Origin: Pirellulales bacterium
Lineage (GTDB): Bacteria > Planctomycetota > Planctomycetia > Pirellulales > Pirellulaceae
Direction: 5' to 3'
NCBI GenBank assembly: GCA_038215215.1
Contig: JBBQRC010000001.1
Location: 1-39,288, forward strand
DNA: 39,288 bases
Shown: piece by piece, positions 37,617-39,288 of the stretch
Position numbering within the stretch: position 1 is the first letter of the stretch
How the letters are laid out: every line of letters begins with the position of its first letter
The notes under the pieces: model-generated
The model's input: the letters and a program-made list of their open reading frames with translations, nothing else
Told to the model about the DNA's origin: nothing
Database searches by the model: none
Position numbers and translations under genes: made by a program

Positions 37617-39288
37617 ATGCCGCCTAATCCCTCGATTGCGTTAAAAAAGTCGAAAACGCCTGCTACACAGGAGTTGCATACGGACCATTTTCAGAGTGCT
37701 CGCGAGACGGTCGAGTCGATTGTGGTGGCCTTTATACTCGCCTTCCTGTTCCGCGCGTTTGTGGCCGAAGCGTTTGTGATCCCAACTGGTTCGATGGCAC
37801 CGACGTTGATGGGGGCGCACAAGGATATCGTCTGCGAACACTGTGGTCGCGAGTTCCAGATTGGGGCGAGCAACGAGTTTGAATCGGACACTGGCAGACG
37901 CACTGAAAGCACGGTCGTGGCGGGTACCTGCGCCAATTGCCGCGGATTGAACAAGTTTGATTTCAGGAACAATGCGAATCATGCAACCTTTTCGGGTGAC
38001 CGAATTTTGGTCAGCAAATTCGACTATGTGCTGCATAATCCGACACGTTGGGACGTCATTGTCTTCAAATTCCCGCAAAGTGCGAGGATGAACTACATCA
38101 AGCGACTGGTGGGGTTGCCCGGCGAAAAGTTACGCATCAAGGGTGGGGATGTCTTTGTCCAATCCGGAGATTCTGAGGCCTGGACAATCGCCCGCAAACC
38201 GCCCCACAAGATCAACGCTATGCGCCAGATCGTCTCGGACACCCAGTTTCAGCCCCAGCAAATTGTGGACGCGGGTTGGCCCAGTTTATGGCAGCCATGG
38301 TCTGAAGGTTCCGCCGAGTCGACCACGCCAAGCAGTTGGCAAGTTCAGCAGGAGCCGACGAGCTGGTCTGCTACGCTATCGCCAAGCGATTCCACCACTT
38401 GGCTTCGCTATTACCACAAATTCCTGACGGAGACGGAGTGGGATGAATTTCAGGCGAACGCAAGTTTGCCGGAAATCGATCCGCTCAGTAGCCGCTTGGT
38501 CACCGATTTCCAGGCATACAACACTGCCGTTTCGACCTACCGTAACGAGGTCTATAAAGAGAAGAGAGCATTAAAGGACAGCATTAAAGGTGAGACGCGG
38601 GCCTACGATACACTCCTGCCAGTGCAAATGTGGGCGGACAACCCCTGGGTACCACTATCCTCTTCGCAACCGCTAAATGATGGTGAGCATTGGGTTGGCG
38701 ATCTTATCGGCGAGTTTGATGTGCAGGTGAAGGGGGACACTGGAAATTTGAATCTGCTGGTGGTCGAAAACGGTATCGAGTTTCACTGTGAAATTGATGT
38801 CGCGACTGGCCAGGCAACCCTGCAAGCGTTGGACGCCGGGGTGGCGATACCAATTTTCGAGGGCAAGGTGGCTCAGTTGAAGGGTCAAACTCCGCTTCGC
38901 GGGCCTGGAAAGTACCACCTACAAATTGCCAACTTTGATGACCAGATCGTAGTGTGGGTTAATGGCAAAGTGATCGCATTCGAGAGTCCAGCAGCCTACG
39001 AGCTCGACAGCGTTCGTAGCCAAGCGGCGCTGCGGCCACATTGGAGCGAGACAAATCCGCTCGACGCCGCGCCCGTGGCCATTGGTGGTCAATCTCTGGC
39101 CCTGGAGGTTACGCGAGCGCGAGTTTGGCGCGACATCTATTACATCGCTATCGAAGGCAATCATTACAGTGACTTTGACCTTAGTCGTTCGCGCGAAATT
39201 ATCGCTGCACTGCAACCCGGAATTCGGGATGAGTCCTCCAGTCTTTCGTTGGGGAATGAAGATCGTAGCCGACTGGCCATTCTCAGCC
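37617..39288 (+). CDS. lepB: Signal peptidase I (S26), large Planctomycete type; 3'-truncated by the window edge
   Basis: Hand translation from ATG 37617: RETVESIVVAFILAFLFRAFVAEAFVIPTGSMAPTL (catalytic Ser), GDRILVSKF and DVIVFKFP...NYIKRLVGLPGE (catalytic Lys). Later in-frame HWVGDL and VWRDIYY. Absent from the ORF track, consistent with no stop inside the window. Confidence 0.93.
   Translation, partial: MPPNPSIALKKSKTPATQELHTDHFQSARETVESIVVAFILAFLFRAFVAEAFVIPTGSMAPTLMGAHKDIVCEHCGREFQIGASNEFESDTGRRTESTVVAGTCANCRGLNKFDFRNNANHATFSGDRILVSKFDYVLHNPTRWDVIVFKFPQSARMNYIKRLVGLPGEKLRIKGGDVFVQSGDSEAWTIARKPPHKINAMRQIVSDTQFQPQQIVDAGWPSLWQPWSEGSAESTTPSSWQVQQEPTSWSATLSPSDSTTWLRYYHKFLTETEWDEFQANASLPEIDPLSSRLVTDFQAYNTAVSTYRNEVYKEKRALKDSIKGETRAYDTLLPVQMWADNPWVPLSSSQPLNDGEHWVGDLIGEFDVQVKGDTGNLNLLVVENGIEFHCEIDVATGQATLQALDAGVAIPIFEGKVAQLKGQTPLRGPGKYHLQIANFDDQIVVWVNGKVIAFESPAAYELDSVRSQAALRPHWSETNPLDAAPVAIGGQSLALEVTRARVWRDIYYIAIEGNHYSDFDLSRSREIIAALQPGIRDESSSLSLGNEDRSRLAILS

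Noticed and set aside
37641-39215. ORF-track entries in the last 1.7 kb (37641-38078 minus, 38143-38427 plus, 38673-38918 minus, 38919-39215 minus)
   Set aside because: They are shadows of the signal peptidase I frame, which runs off the window.

Overview
A gene-dense chromosomal window, most likely from a Planctomycete (Pirellulaceae-like). The lineage call rests on a DUF1559 prepilin-type gene, a PVC-type CxxCH heme protein, a zinc-ribbon signal peptidase I and a lineage-typical GTAG palindromic repeat. Most content is housekeeping, envelope or metabolic: SET-domain protein, Gly-rich RRM protein, two methyltransferases, hpt, four glycosyltransferases, a MacB-like permease, TM-type RNase Z-like hydrolase, FabZ-like dehydratase, aldehyde dehydrogenase, alkenal reductase, SelO, an RNB nuclease, a two-component pair, a PHP-like hydrolase and hemL. 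Two genes are absent from the supplied ORF track: a 32-aa bL37-like basic peptide (17267-17365) and a truncated signal peptidase I (37617 to the end). The best candidate for a poorly understood system is 28382-32883: an HExxH metallopeptidase coupled to a non-canonical Ddl-like ATP-grasp ligase, downstream of an atypical sigma-70 factor that is divergent from a CarH-like regulator with degenerate B12 ligands. I saw no rRNA, tRNA, CRISPR array, prophage or transposase. All calls come from reading motifs by eye; no searches were run.
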